Under the pieces are notes generated by a model. It was not told the origin of the DNA, ran no database searches, and saw nothing but the letters and a program-made list of their open reading frames with translations. The position numbers and the translations under genes are program-made. A DNA stretch of 64,000 nucleotides, from positions 95,294,001-95,358,000 of the forward strand of contig OZ024744.1 in NCBI GenBank assembly GCA_964016885.1. Direction: 5' to 3'. Below are positions 30,794-42,049 of this stretch, one piece after another. The DNA comes from Eledone cirrhosa (Eukaryota). Position 1 is the stretch's first letter. Every line of letters begins with the position of its first letter.

Positions 30794-31069
30794 ATAAAGA
30801 ATGAATAATAACAGGTAGACATCATAAAAAGGTAATTTATTCCGAGTGCTTACAAATGTTTCAACAGTAGTTATACAGCCTAGTCATGCTATGTGCAAAT
30901 TGGTGATTATTTGATTGCAGAAACTCAATTTTCAAATGAGTTTCTGCAATCAAATAATCACCAATTTGCACATAGCATGACTAGGCTGTATAACTACTGT
31001 TGAAACATTTGTAAGCACTCGGAATAAATTACCTTTTTATGATGTCTACCTGTTATTATTCATCTTTAT
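30794..31069. repeat. Near-perfect inverted repeat with about 133-bp arms and a 9-nt spacer (30928-30936)
   Basis: 30794-30927 is the reverse complement of 30937-31069, apart from one indel near the outer end. Confidence 0.95.
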
Positions 31070-31169
31070 ATATATATATATATATGATCTATTTTTAGAA
31101 GTATTGAGTGTATATGTATTTTATTGAAATTAAGTTAGAGTTAGAAGCTTCAACATCTTCTCTAGACGC

Positions 31170-31620
31170 TAAACTCCGCCAGTTGCAGACTGCGCATCAA
31201 CATGAGATATTTTTCTCCACAAAGTTTGATCACCAGCAGCAGAGTTCAAAGAGCAAAGATCAAGTCCAGTCCATAAGTTGACATTATCAAGCCATCATTT
31301 TGGCTGCTGACCTCTGCTTCTCTCACCAGCCAACGTTCCTTCCAGGCATAACGTATTCACACCCCGAGTTGATATTTTTATATGACCGTATAGTTTGAGT
31401 ACTTTTGATTTGACAATTCATGTAATTGGTCTAAGTTTGGTAATGTTGAGCAGCTCACTGATACAGATTCGGTCGCTGAGCCACTTGCCAGTCATAAGTC
31501 TCATGATGTGGTTCTGGAATGTAGATAGCTTCTGAAGTGACCTTGTCGTCTAATTAACACAGTCAACGCCATATAACACAACTGGTAGGATGTAAGTATC
31601 AAAGATTTTAGCCTTCAAAT
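31170..31620 (-). mobile_element. Decayed RTE-clade LINE ORF C-terminus, a different family from 32480
   Basis: Minus-strand translation LKAKIFDTYILPVVLYGVDCVN*TTRSLQKLSTFQNHIMRLMTG...LKLYGHI...LEGTLAGERSRGQQPK*WLDNV, with in-frame stops. Confidence 0.8.
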
Positions 31621-31847
31621 GGTAGGAAACTCATATAAAATTTGTACTACTTTTTGGTCTTCTAGTTTTAGCCTATGCTGCATATTCGACTACTCAACAT
31701 CGCGCATATCTATGTTTGATTAAAATTGATTTTACTCGGTTGCCATTGGATATTTTAGTCCAGTGTCTGATCAGCTTGTTAATCATATGTTATGGGGTTG
31801 TGCATATTGTTGGTACCTTCAAAATTTCAACGTACATATATATATAG

Positions 31848-31886
<39 letters not shown>

Positions 31887-32030
31887 TTTATGTCCGTTCT
31901 TCCACGCTAGCATGGGTTAGACGGGTTGTCCTGTTATGGGCAGTGTCCAGTCGGCTGACCTTGTCTTGCTCATATGGGAACTGATTCTGGCTTGATTTCT
32001 ACAGCTGGATGCCCTTCCTAACACCAACCT
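31848..32030 (-). mobile_element. RTE-type 3' tail, antisense, with (CAT)n
   Basis: (CAT)n followed by TTCCACGCTAGCATGGG...CTGGATGCCCTTCCTAACACCAACC. Confidence 0.75.
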
Positions 32031-32479
32031 CATATATATATTCATTAAAAAGACACCAAATACATTAATGCATTATATGCTGATTAACGAACGTTTCCTC
32101 CCCTCCTGGGATTTTTCAAAATCAGAAATTTAATACATAAACCTTGTTACAATCTCACCATAATACATTCTATCCAACAGCCAGGTATTTGTTTACATTA
32201 AAAAAAAAATACAAAGTTACACCATATTGCTATTTTGAGCTGTAACATCTTCACCTATGGTTATAACGTCTTATATTGTTTTTGTAAAACGATATATATC
32301 TCATCATCATCATCATCATTTTATGTCCGCTTTTCCCTGCTTGCAAGGGTTGGACGGGTCCTATTCAGCACAGCATCTCTCCACTTGTCACAGTCCTTCG
32401 TCATCTCCTCGGTGAGTTTCCGCCCATGTTTTACGTGGTCTACCTCTACTGCGTCTTCCTTCTATACATATATATATAT

Positions 32480-33481
32480 AGCAGCAAGTGCCCACAAAAT
32501 ACTAGCTCTTTCAATTGCGCAGAGGGTTCTATAGAAATAGTGGACAGCTTCCGTTACCTGGGCGATAAAATCAGCAGTGGCTCTGAAAGTACTGTAGCTA
32601 GAGTCAGAACTGGTTGGAAAAAGTTCAGAGAGCTTATACCACTATTAGCTGCTAAAGGGTTCTCACTAAAAATGAAAGGCAGGTTGTACGATGCCTGCAT
32701 ACGAACAGCAATGCTGCATGGCAGTGAGACCTGGGCATTGTGTGCAGAGGATATACGCAGACTAGAGAGGAACGAAGCTTGCATGCTCCGCTGGATGTGT
32801 AACAGTAATATACGTGAACGGCAAAGCATAAACGAACTAAGGAAAAAATTAGAGATAAGAGGGATCAGATGTTGTTTACTCGAGAGAAGGCTACGTTGGT
32901 ATGGACACGTGATGCGCATGAAAGTCGATAGCTGTATAACAAAGTGCAGGGCAATAAAGATAGACGGTAGCCACGGAATAGGCAGACCTAGAAAAACCTG
33001 GGACGAGCTGATAAACTCCGACCTAACACACTTACACCTCTCCAAGACAATGTCACTGGACCGAGACCTTTGGCGGTACTCAGTAACAGAGAAGACCCGC
33101 CTTACCTAAATACATAGTAAAACCTACTCCAGCCAGTAGGCATCTCTAACAAAATACACCCCCGCCCCACCACCCCCACCCCATCCACGCCACCCCGTTC
33201 TATGTAAAGTTGTGTTGGTGCCACACCATCCAGGCCGAAACAAATGAGATCGTGTAGGTGTCACGACAAAAAAACACACAGTCCACGCTGTAATGTGGCC
33301 GTGTAGGCAACACGGTAAAAACCTCCCAGACCCACACTGTAAATGTGGTTGGTGTTAGGAAGGGCATCCAACTGTAGAAAACCTGCCAGACAGTCCTATG
33401 CGAGCAAGCCAATCACTCTTGCCTCAAGTGGGACTACCCCCGTCCAAACCCATGCAAGCGTGGAACACGGACGTTAAACGT

Positions 33482-33510
<29 letters not shown>
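32480..33510 (+). mobile_element. 5'-truncated RTE-clade LINE: C-terminal ORF region to 33109, 3'UTR and (GAT)n tail
   Basis: Uninterrupted frame IEIVDSFRYLGDKI...KGRLYDACIRTAMLHGSETW...RRLRWYGHVMRM...GRPRKTW, typical of the RTE ORF C-terminus. The 5' end sits in a (TA)n tract. Confidence 0.92.
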
Positions 33511-33512
<2 letters not shown>

Positions 33513-33559
33513 ATAATAGGAGCCTTTAATTGTTAATTGTGTCAAAGAAACAACCTGTC

Positions 33560-34005
33560 TGGTGTTGGTGATCAACACAATAAATGCTCCCAGTACACGT
33601 TGTAAAGTGTTTGGTGATAAAAAGGGCGTCCACACATAGAAAGCTTGACAAAGGGTTGGAAGGACTTTTCAGTTGTGTGAAGGAGATGACAGGCTCCCTA
33701 GTGTTGGTGATCTATATAATAAAAGCACACAGTACATGCTGTAAAGTGGTTGGTGTTAGGAAAGGCATCTAGTTGTAGAAAACTTGCTAAACAAGGACTT
33801 AGGAGGATCCTTCAGTTTGTGTCAAAAACATGACAACTTCTGAGTACTTGATAGATGTATGAGCTTACATAAAAGGTATACAGACCCCTCAGCCTGTCTG
33901 GGAGGTCAGTAGCCCCGCTTCAGTACTGACTTAATCTTTGTAGATTTGTCTAACCCTTGCTAGCAGGGAGGGAGGACATTAAATGATGATGATCATCATC
34001 ATTGA
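33560..34005 (+). mobile_element. Old RTE-type 3'UTR fragments with a partial internal duplication
   Basis: Two CAGTACA..TGTAAAGTG.TTGGTG segments and a GATGAT tail. Confidence 0.55.
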
Positions 34006-34289
34006 TGATATAATATCAATTTCTGGAAACATTTTTTGGGGGTATTCTCTATATTTTGGGGTCCAAAATTAGCTGCCAATAACAAGGTTGTTACCGATAT
34101 AGCAAGTGATGTCTGCTATGGTACTTGGTTATTCCAGCTTCATTACAGCAATGCTGCAAGTGTGTTGGCTTGTTACAAAAAATTATTAGAGGGTAAACTC
34201 CAGTGCCTCTTGTGGTCTGTAATTGAGTATGCAGGTTCTTTTCTACATATTTTCTCTTCTGTTTTTCTGCCCACATATATATATATATA

Positions 34290-34550
34290 TCACCTTGACC
34301 GACCAGTCTGTTGGGCACCAATCGGCGCCGCTGGTCACAGCATGTTGTGCTGTTTTAGCCATAAGATAACGCCATCCCACTGGCTGGGCGGGCAGGCCGG
34401 TACTCATTTCTACAGCTGAGTAAACTGGAGCAACGTGAAATAAAGTGTCTTGCTCAAGGAAACAACACATCACCCGGTCCGAGAATTGAACTCACAACCT
34501 TTCGATTGCAAGCCCAATGCTTTAACCACTAAGCCATGTGCCTTCACACA
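34290..34550 (-). mobile_element. tRNA-derived SINE with a CORE/V-like central domain
   Basis: Minus strand reads TGGCTTAGTGGTTAAAG (A box)...GAGTTCAATTC (B box)...CCTTGAGCAAGACACTTTATTTCACGTTGCTCCAG. Confidence 0.8.
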
Positions 34551-34569
34551 TATATATATATACATATAC

Positions 34570-35070
34570 ATACATACTTACATTTAAGTATCAGCTGTAC
34601 TAAGAGTGAGAAATGAAATTTCGTTTCATTCTTTTCCATTTATCGTTTTCAGTACGCCTGGCCGACTAACTCACTTGATATGCAAATTAGGCTGCTCAGC
34701 CGTTAATAGGCATGAGGAAAGTATATACTTTCAGATGTTCAATCATCTGGCAGAAAGGTATACGATGCTGATGATAGCTAATAAGCTTGAAACTAGTACA
34801 TCGTTCCTGTGTCAGTGTTGAACAAAAGGGCGACGATGGTTGCCGAGCACTGTACGGCGTAATTCGGGCTGTTTGTTTACAGACAAACCAAACATTATAA
34901 TAAATGTTTGGTAAACCCATACGTACATATATATATGTGTGCATGTATGTATATATATACATACTACTGTACGTCTGTATACATATATGTATGTACGTAT
35001 ACATACATACTTACATTTAAGTAACAGCCGTACTAAGAGTGAGAAATGAAATTTCGGTTCATTCTTTTCC

Positions 35071-35075
<5 letters not shown>
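34570..35075 (+). mobile_element. Retrozyme/Penelope-pLTR-like unit: about 433-bp monomer with about 70-bp terminal redundancy, containing a hammerhead ribozyme
   Basis: CTTACATTTAAGTA...TCATTCTTTTCCATTTAT occurs at 34577 and 35010 (offset 433). The hammerhead lies between the copies and the unit is flanked by (TA)n. Confidence 0.65.
34762..34804 (+). ncRNA. Minimal type I hammerhead ribozyme
   Basis: Stem I ACGATG (34762-67) pairs with CATCGT (34799-804); core CTGATGA; stem II AGCT-AATA-AGCT; GAAA; palindromic CTAG in place of stem III; TA cleavage site. Confidence 0.85.
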
Positions 35076-35111
<36 letters not shown>

Positions 35112-35117
35112 CACATA

Positions 35118-35380
35118 TCATCAACATCATCACCATCATCATCATCGTTTAACGTCCATCTTCCATGCTAGCATGGGTTAGACATGTTTGTCCAATTTAG
35201 AGGCAAGTTGGGTCAGGTGACCATGTCTCGCTCATATAGGACTGTTTCTGGCTGGTTTTCTATGGTTGGATGCCCTTCGTAGCACCAACCACATTTACAG
35301 AGTGTGCTGGGTGCTTTTTGTTGTGACACCTATACGACCACTTTACAAAGAGGGCTGGACGTTTTGTGGTACCAACATAA
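35118..35380 (-). mobile_element. RTE-type 3'UTR/tail, antisense
   Basis: (CAT)n-CGTTTAACGTCC...CATGCTAGCATGGG...GGATGCCCTTC plus the reverse complement of the 48-bp unit. Confidence 0.75.
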
Positions 35381-35464
35381 CATATACACACACACATATA
35401 TATATATATGTATACACACATATATAGCATAATAGGGATATATATATTTGTGTGTTTATACATA

Positions 35465-36177
35465 TATCATCATCACCTCCATCTTACATCCATTTTCCAC
35501 ATCAGCGTGGGTTAGATGGACTGTCCTATTGTAGGCAATGCTAGGTCAGGTGACCATATCTTGCTCATACAGGACTGACTCTGCTTTGGTTTCTACAGCT
35601 GGATGCCCTGTCTAATGCCAACCTGATTTACAGTGAGTACTGGGCACTTTTTGCCATGTCACCATCACAACCACTTTACAGTGTGGGCTGAGGGCTTCAC
35701 TGGATGCATTTATTTTGGCCTGTCCTCATGGGGGTGTATGCTAGGGTGGGGTGGGGCACACTGTATATATGCTTCAGCTCGTGGAAATTTAAGTATTCTG
35801 TATTACTGCATATCACCAGAGATCTCGGTCATGTGTCATCACAGTTGAGAGGTGCAATTGGGCAAGGTCGGCTTTTATCACCTCATCCCAAATCTTTCTT
35901 GGGTCTCCCCACTCCAAGGCTTCCATCGAATTTGAGCACTCTGCACTTTTTTATGCAGCTGTCATCCTTCATATGCATCACATGTCCATACCAACGCTAT
36001 CTCCTCTCCTGCGCACAACATCTGATTCCTCTTATGCCTAATTTCTCTCTTAGTTCATTTATGCTTTGCTGTTCTCGTATATTACTATTACACATCCATC
36101 GGGGGATGCAAGCTTCATTTATTTCCAATATATGCAAGTCTTCTGCACACAGCACCTAGGTCTCACTACCATGCAAC
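35465..36177 (-). mobile_element. RTE-clade LINE 3' fragment, antisense
   Basis: 35820-36177 is a reverse-complement homologue of about 32715-33070 (TGTCCATACCAACG, GTCTCACTACCATGCA), followed by the tail. Confidence 0.85.
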
Positions 36178-36718
36178 AAATATATATATATATATATATA
36201 TAATGCATATAGTTTTTTGGGTAGGTGGGAGGTGTATTTCTGCATGTGTGTTTGTTCTTCAAAATATAGACAACACAGCACAGACTTTCACTATAATTAC
36301 AGGTGGTTGTTGATGTTATTGAGAGAGAAATACAGTGAAAGAGAGAGAGTGTGTGTGTGTGTGTGTGTGAAAGATAGAGAGATAGTTAGAGAGCGTTATC
36401 ATCATAGTAACTAATGAATTTTGAAACTGTGGGAATTTTAAGTACAAGCCTGTCAACACATGTGGAAAAAAAACGTGTGTTTGTGTCTGTATATCCTAAT
36501 GAAAACCGAGGTACAATAGTAGTTTTGAAAATAATCAAGAATTTTTAAGTTGGTGTTTAGAACTTAAAAAAACTATGATGGAAGGTTTTTAAATAGATAT
36601 AAATACTTTAACCCTAGTAATATAACTTTCTTGTTATTAAACTGGTGTTTGGAACATATCTCAACAAAGGTTCTTTTGTAATATTATGATGGAGTGGTAT
36701 TAGATGTATACAAACACT

Positions 36719-36970
36719 TTAACCTTTTCTTTGTCATATTTCTAATAAAGACACTGCCTATGACTTACAAATAATTTTGAAATTTGGAGGAATTTAGTAA
36801 TATAATTAATATTCTCATTATTAAGTTGATGTTTGGAGCGTTACATAACAAAGGTTGTTTCATAAAATTATGATGGACGGTTTTTAGATAAATATAAATA
36901 CTTTAAAACAAGCAGTTTAGTATCATAGAAGCTGAGTAGCTTTCTTGCAGTTTGTTATCAAAAGGGTTAA
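36719..36970. mobile_element. TTAA-flanked MITE-like element (TTAACCTTTT...AAAAGGGTTAA)
   Basis: Short inverted termini bounded by TTAA, as in piggyBac-type elements. Related sequence lies at about 36500-36720. Confidence 0.5.
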
Positions 36971-37099
36971 GTTTCTGGTGACTCTTGGGTTTCAAATAAT
37001 TGTCCATCCATCCACCCCACCTCTCACCCCACTTATTAACTTTTCAAACTTTTTCCAAACCCCCTGCATATTCAATTTTGCTAATCTATCTCTGGCGAA

Positions 37100-37354
37100 A
37101 TTGTATTTTAAGTGATAGCATTCTAGCAACAATTAATTTTATTTATACATTAACCCTAACTATTGTATTTTCATGGAAAACACTTTATCTCACATAATTA
37201 CCTCACATAATATCGAATCTGCAAGATCTTGATATTATTTATTTTGAGAACGATACCTTAACATAAGTATAAGCAGCCAGTTACAGCTGGTTTGAACAGA
37301 AAGAGGTGAGAGAATTCTGGCCGGATATGGCCGGTTTAAATGCTAAAGGGTTAA
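37100..37354 (+). mobile_element. MITE family A copy ending ...GGCCGGATATGGCCGGTTTAAATGCTAAAGGGTTAA
   Basis: Shares its body with 41757-41984 and 57719-57925. Confidence 0.75.
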
Positions 37355-37693
37355 AAAAGTTTCTAGCTTGTCTCTGTCGATGGAGTACAGACCAATAAGA
37401 GAGTCTCGATGTGGTCACACAGCCTGTTAGAAATGGCAACTACATCTCCCTCATATTACACCATACTGTCTTCAAAATGGAAGAGCACAATCCAAGATGT
37501 GGTCCTGTGTATGCAAAAAGCTGGAATGGTCATGGCTGGAAAGCCTTAGATCATATGTCCTTTCTCTCTCTCTCTCTCCAATGAAGAACTAATGTCCGAA
37601 ACGTTAAGAATCTTTTCCAACCATATCAAGTGTTAAACCAATATATATCATCAGTGTACTATATTGTTATCCTGTGTTATTTTTCCTTGCTAA

Positions 37694-37695
<2 letters not shown>

Positions 37696-37779
<84 letters not shown>

Positions 37780-37848
37780 TATATATATAGATATATGTAT
37801 ATACATATATATACACACACACACACATATATATATACATATATATAC

Positions 37849-37899
<51 letters not shown>

Positions 37900-37964
37900 T
37901 GTAATATATATATACATATAAATACATACATATATATAAATACATATATACATATAAATATATA

Positions 37965-38043
<79 letters not shown>
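37696..38043. repeat. (TA)n/(CA)n/(TG)n compound microsatellite
   Basis: Seen directly. Confidence 0.95.
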
Positions 38044-38044
<1 letters not shown>

Positions 38045-38050
38045 TTGTAG

Positions 38051-38164
38051 ATGCTTCATCTGGAACTCCCCTTGGTATGGCATCATTATATTCTTACGGG
38101 AGTTCAGAAATAGGTTCTGGAGAGATTGCTGCTGAACCAAAATTGATTGGTGTTATTGGAAAAG
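38051..38164 (+). CDS. TOGARAM1: TOGARAM1-like exon 4: (D)[37 protein letters not shown]
   Basis: Acceptor cttgtag|AT (phase 1) and donor AAAG|gtataa (phase 1). Open frame compatible with both neighbours. Confidence 0.75.
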
Positions 38165-38514
38165 GTATAATCTATTTATTGAACTATATGTTACATATGA
38201 AATATCGATAGTTTTTCCATTTTTGTATATGTATTTATTATTTTGTTTGTTTCGTATGACCCATGTTTTGTATTGACCCATACATACAACTTCAGTTCCG
38301 CTCTGATTCTCGGTCTCCGTCCATTCAAAGACATGTGCTCCTGCGTGTCGTATGAGGAAACTAAGAAGGCCTAGTGCCAAGGAAAGGGCATCCTGCCTTA
38401 AAACGTTGCCTCAGAAAAAAAAAACAAGCCCTTGAATGGATATATGAAACCTGTTTTATGGGAGAGAGGGCAAAGACTTAACCCCCAGCTTTCGCAGAAT
38501 GCTTCTTGTTGTTA

Positions 38515-38586
38515 TTGTCTCGTCGTCGTTGTTGTTGTTGTAGTAGTAGTTGCAGTAGTAGTTGCAGTAGTAGCAGCAGTAGTAGC

Positions 38587-38647
<61 letters not shown>

Positions 38648-38660
38648 AGTAATAAGTAGT
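38515..38660. repeat. (GTT)/(GTA)n microsatellite
   Basis: Seen directly. Confidence 0.95.
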
Positions 38661-38911
38661 ATCAAGGAGGAATTGTTTTGTTTTTTTATGTAGCGTTTAA
38701 TTTTTTCGTAGGCCGAATTTTTGTGTGGAAAACTTTTTTCTGGTCACCCTTTTTATAGTTCCTTGAGTCTTCTGGCTTTTCCATTCTTGTTTATTCAAAA
38801 GATGATACATATTGAAGAATTTTTTTTCTATTTTTTTCCCTATTTTCTATTTAGACTTTCTCAGAAACGAAATTGCATTTTTTTCTTCTTCCGCCTCTCC
38901 AATTTTTGTAG

Positions 38912-39108
38912 GAATAAATCCTGTTGAAACCAATTTAGGGGGCCAAATGAGCGGGTTACACATGGAGTCGTTTGAACACAAACTGAACGATGTGAACGTG
39001 AGCGGGGGGGTCCATGGAATTGGTATCGGAAGTTCTACAAAGGATAAGCAACCGCCCAAAGAGAGTGTACAAGACAACAGTGACACTGACGCCGATTCTA
39101 TGAGAGAA
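38912..39108 (+). CDS. TOGARAM1: TOGARAM1-like exon 5: (G)INPVETNLGGQMSG...DNSDTDADSMRE
   Basis: Pyrimidine tract, acceptor tttgtag|GA (phase 1), donor GAA|gtaggt (phase 0). Confidence 0.8.
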
Positions 39109-39139
39109 GTAGGTATTTCTTTGCCACGACACTGACATC

Positions 39140-39380
39140 CTCATCATCATCATTCTTCTTCTTCTTCTTCTTCTTCTTCTTCTTCTTCTTCTTCTTCTTC
39201 TTCTTCTTCTTCTTCTTCCCCTCCTCCTCCTCCTCCTCCTCTTCGTCCTCCTCCTCCTCCTCCCCCTTCTCCTCCTCCTCCTCCTCCTCCTAATCCGCCT
39301 CCTAATCCTCCTCCTCCTTATCACCCTCCACCTTTTCACCATCCTCATCCTCATCATCCTCATTCTTCTTCGTTTCCTCT
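39140..39380. repeat. (CTT)n-(CCT)n polypyrimidine tract
   Basis: Seen directly; begins about 30 bp after the exon 5 donor. Confidence 0.95.
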
Positions 39381-40003
39381 TGACTTGACCCTCATTCCTG
39401 AGGGTCAACAACCGCGAACCATTGCACCAATACTGTCCAATAATGGCCTTCTCGTCCTCACTCTGCTACCCGTACACTCTGCCAGCGTTCTTCCCATCTC
39501 CTCCCCAATGTCTGAGTCACCACTCCAGTGTCACCTCAGACATTGCTCTTTCTCTCAATCGTCTGCCATTGATGTGTGTGTGTGTGTGTGTGTGTCCCCC
39601 CCTCCTCCAGGATGTGAGTTGTAGATCTTCTGGAAGCTGGTGATGTGGCCAAACAACCACCAAGACACACATGATGGCAAATTAACAGAGAATGCCAGAG
39701 CGTCGGATTGAAAATGCCTCTGGTATTTGTTCCAGCTCACTGGTCTCTCAGTTCAAATCCTGCTCAAGTCAACTTTCCATCCTGTCTTCCTTTTTTTTTA
39801 CGTTCAATAAATAAAGAACTAGTTCAATCCAGTCCATGCGGCGGTGGCGCTTCGCCGATTCATCCCGACGCCGTTTTCGTCTCTCCTCTTTCTTCTACCG
39901 CCTTCGCCCTCTTCGGGAGAGCAGGGGGGGGGGGGGTTTTCACGGAGGGTCGCAACAGAGTCGGGTCGTATTCACCACGACCACCATCACCACCATCACT
40001 CCC

Positions 40004-40079
<76 letters not shown>

Positions 40080-40269
40080 TCATCATCCTATATATATATA
40101 TATGAGTTCGGATCTAGCCGTTGAAACAGCCGGAGCTCAGCCGTCGGGCTCCTGATTCTTTTCCTATTACCCACTCTACTACCCATAGTATCGAGTACTC
40201 TGATGAGTTATGGTCCACCTGGTTCCTTATCACTCTTCCTTCGTTATATATATATATATATATATATAT

Positions 40270-40884
<615 letters not shown>

Positions 40885-40893
40885 TCTCTCCCC

Positions 40894-40925
<32 letters not shown>

Positions 40926-41179
40926 GTGTGTATATATATATATATGTGTGTATATATATATATATACGCACATAAATAAATAGGTTTACAAAACTAGTTG
41001 AAGAGAATCAGTACAGCTTCAGCTGTTTCCTTACTCACTTAGTGAGAAATACAAACCCATTACTCAGAGTACGCACATACGTTAATCAATAAGATACGTC
41101 TAAAATCATGAAATATGTAATCAAAATATATTCACTGAATGCTAATAAATTATTTAAATGAATCAATATTGAAAAGTTT

Positions 41180-41545
41180 TTAAACCCTTTCGATACCAAC
41201 CCAACCAAAACTGCCTCTGGTTCTTTGAAACAAAATCGCCCATTTAAAGGGTTCCTGTTTAAATAAAAATCTTCCAACGTAATTATTTTTATAAAATCCA
41301 TATGTTATATGAAATAATTAGTAAATCCTTTAAAATTCTTCATTAATTAATTGAAATGGAGTGTATTTCATTAAAAATACAGTCACAAAATTATTTAAAT
41401 TAAAATCTTCCAAGATTTTATATAAGAACTATTTGTTAAGTTATTAATGAAATAATTAATTATTTTTGTAAAATCCACAAAATATGTTGTTAATTAATTG
41501 AAATAGAGTGCATTTCCTTTAGAATTAAGTCCCAAAAGGGCTAAA
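41180..41545. mobile_element. TTAA-type MITE-like element (TTAAACCCTTTCGATACCAACC...AAAAGGGCTAA)
   Basis: Imperfect inverted termini and a duplicated internal AT-rich segment. Confidence 0.5.
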
Positions 41546-41619
41546 AATTCATCACTATCATCACATTTCGATAGTTCAGGGTTTCCTTCAACTTAGATTT
41601 CTATTTTAAATTTTACTAG

Positions 41620-41728
41620 GATTTTACCCAAATTCCTATAAAACCGACAAAAGAACGAACAACAATGAAGAGACGAAAAGGAGATAAAACAAAGCCAACT
41701 GAAAACTATAACAAAATTCAACTTGAAG
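41620..41728 (+). CDS. TOGARAM1: TOGARAM1-like exon 6: DFTQIPIKPTKERTTMKRRKGDKTKPTENYNKIQLE
   Basis: Acceptor ttttactag|GAT (phase 0) and donor GAAG|gtataa (phase 1). Its 109 bp supply the 0-to-1 phase change needed between exons 5 and 7. Too short for the ORF track. Confidence 0.72.
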
Positions 41729-41756
41729 GTATAAAATATCTTTTTTTTTTGTAGCC

Positions 41757-41984
41757 TAATACTTTAGCATTTACATTACCCTACATTTACTGTTGCATTT
41801 TCACGGTAAAGGCTTCACTTTACATAATTATTCACATAGTATTGAATCTATGAGATTTAGATGTTATATATTTTGAGAACAATACCTTAACATCAATATG
41901 AGTGACCAGTTATGGCTGGTTTGAACAGAAAGTGGTGAGAGAATTCTGGCCGGATATGGCCAGTTTAAATGCTAAAGGGTTTAA
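41757..41984 (+). mobile_element. MITE family A copy, about 230 bp, termini CTTTAGCATTTA...TAAATGCTAAAG
   Basis: Terminal inverted repeats; homologous to the 37100 and 57719 copies. Confidence 0.8.
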
Positions 41985-42049
41985 CATGAATATTTACACT
42001 AGACTTTTTTAAACTTTAAACATTAATACACAAAACGATCACCCTAGTT

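Noticed and set aside
31140-31280. Possible extra + strand exon (LEASTSSLDAKLRQLQ...)
   Set aside because: Better explained as the antisense of a decayed RTE ORF end. No convincing donor before the stop, and it is not needed for phase.
34470-34545. tRNA gene on the minus strand
   Set aside because: A and B boxes are present, but the sequence runs into a SINE body and no clean cloverleaf is apparent.
39109-39112. Alternative exon 5 donor GTAG|gtattt
   Set aside because: Gives phase 1, which is incompatible with exon 6. It would fit only if exon 6 were skipped, which cannot be judged without RNA data.
40199-40240. CTGATGAG as another hammerhead core (also at 23433, 54920 and 57377)
   Set aside because: No correctly spaced stem II plus GAAA follows, and two of these lie in coding exons.
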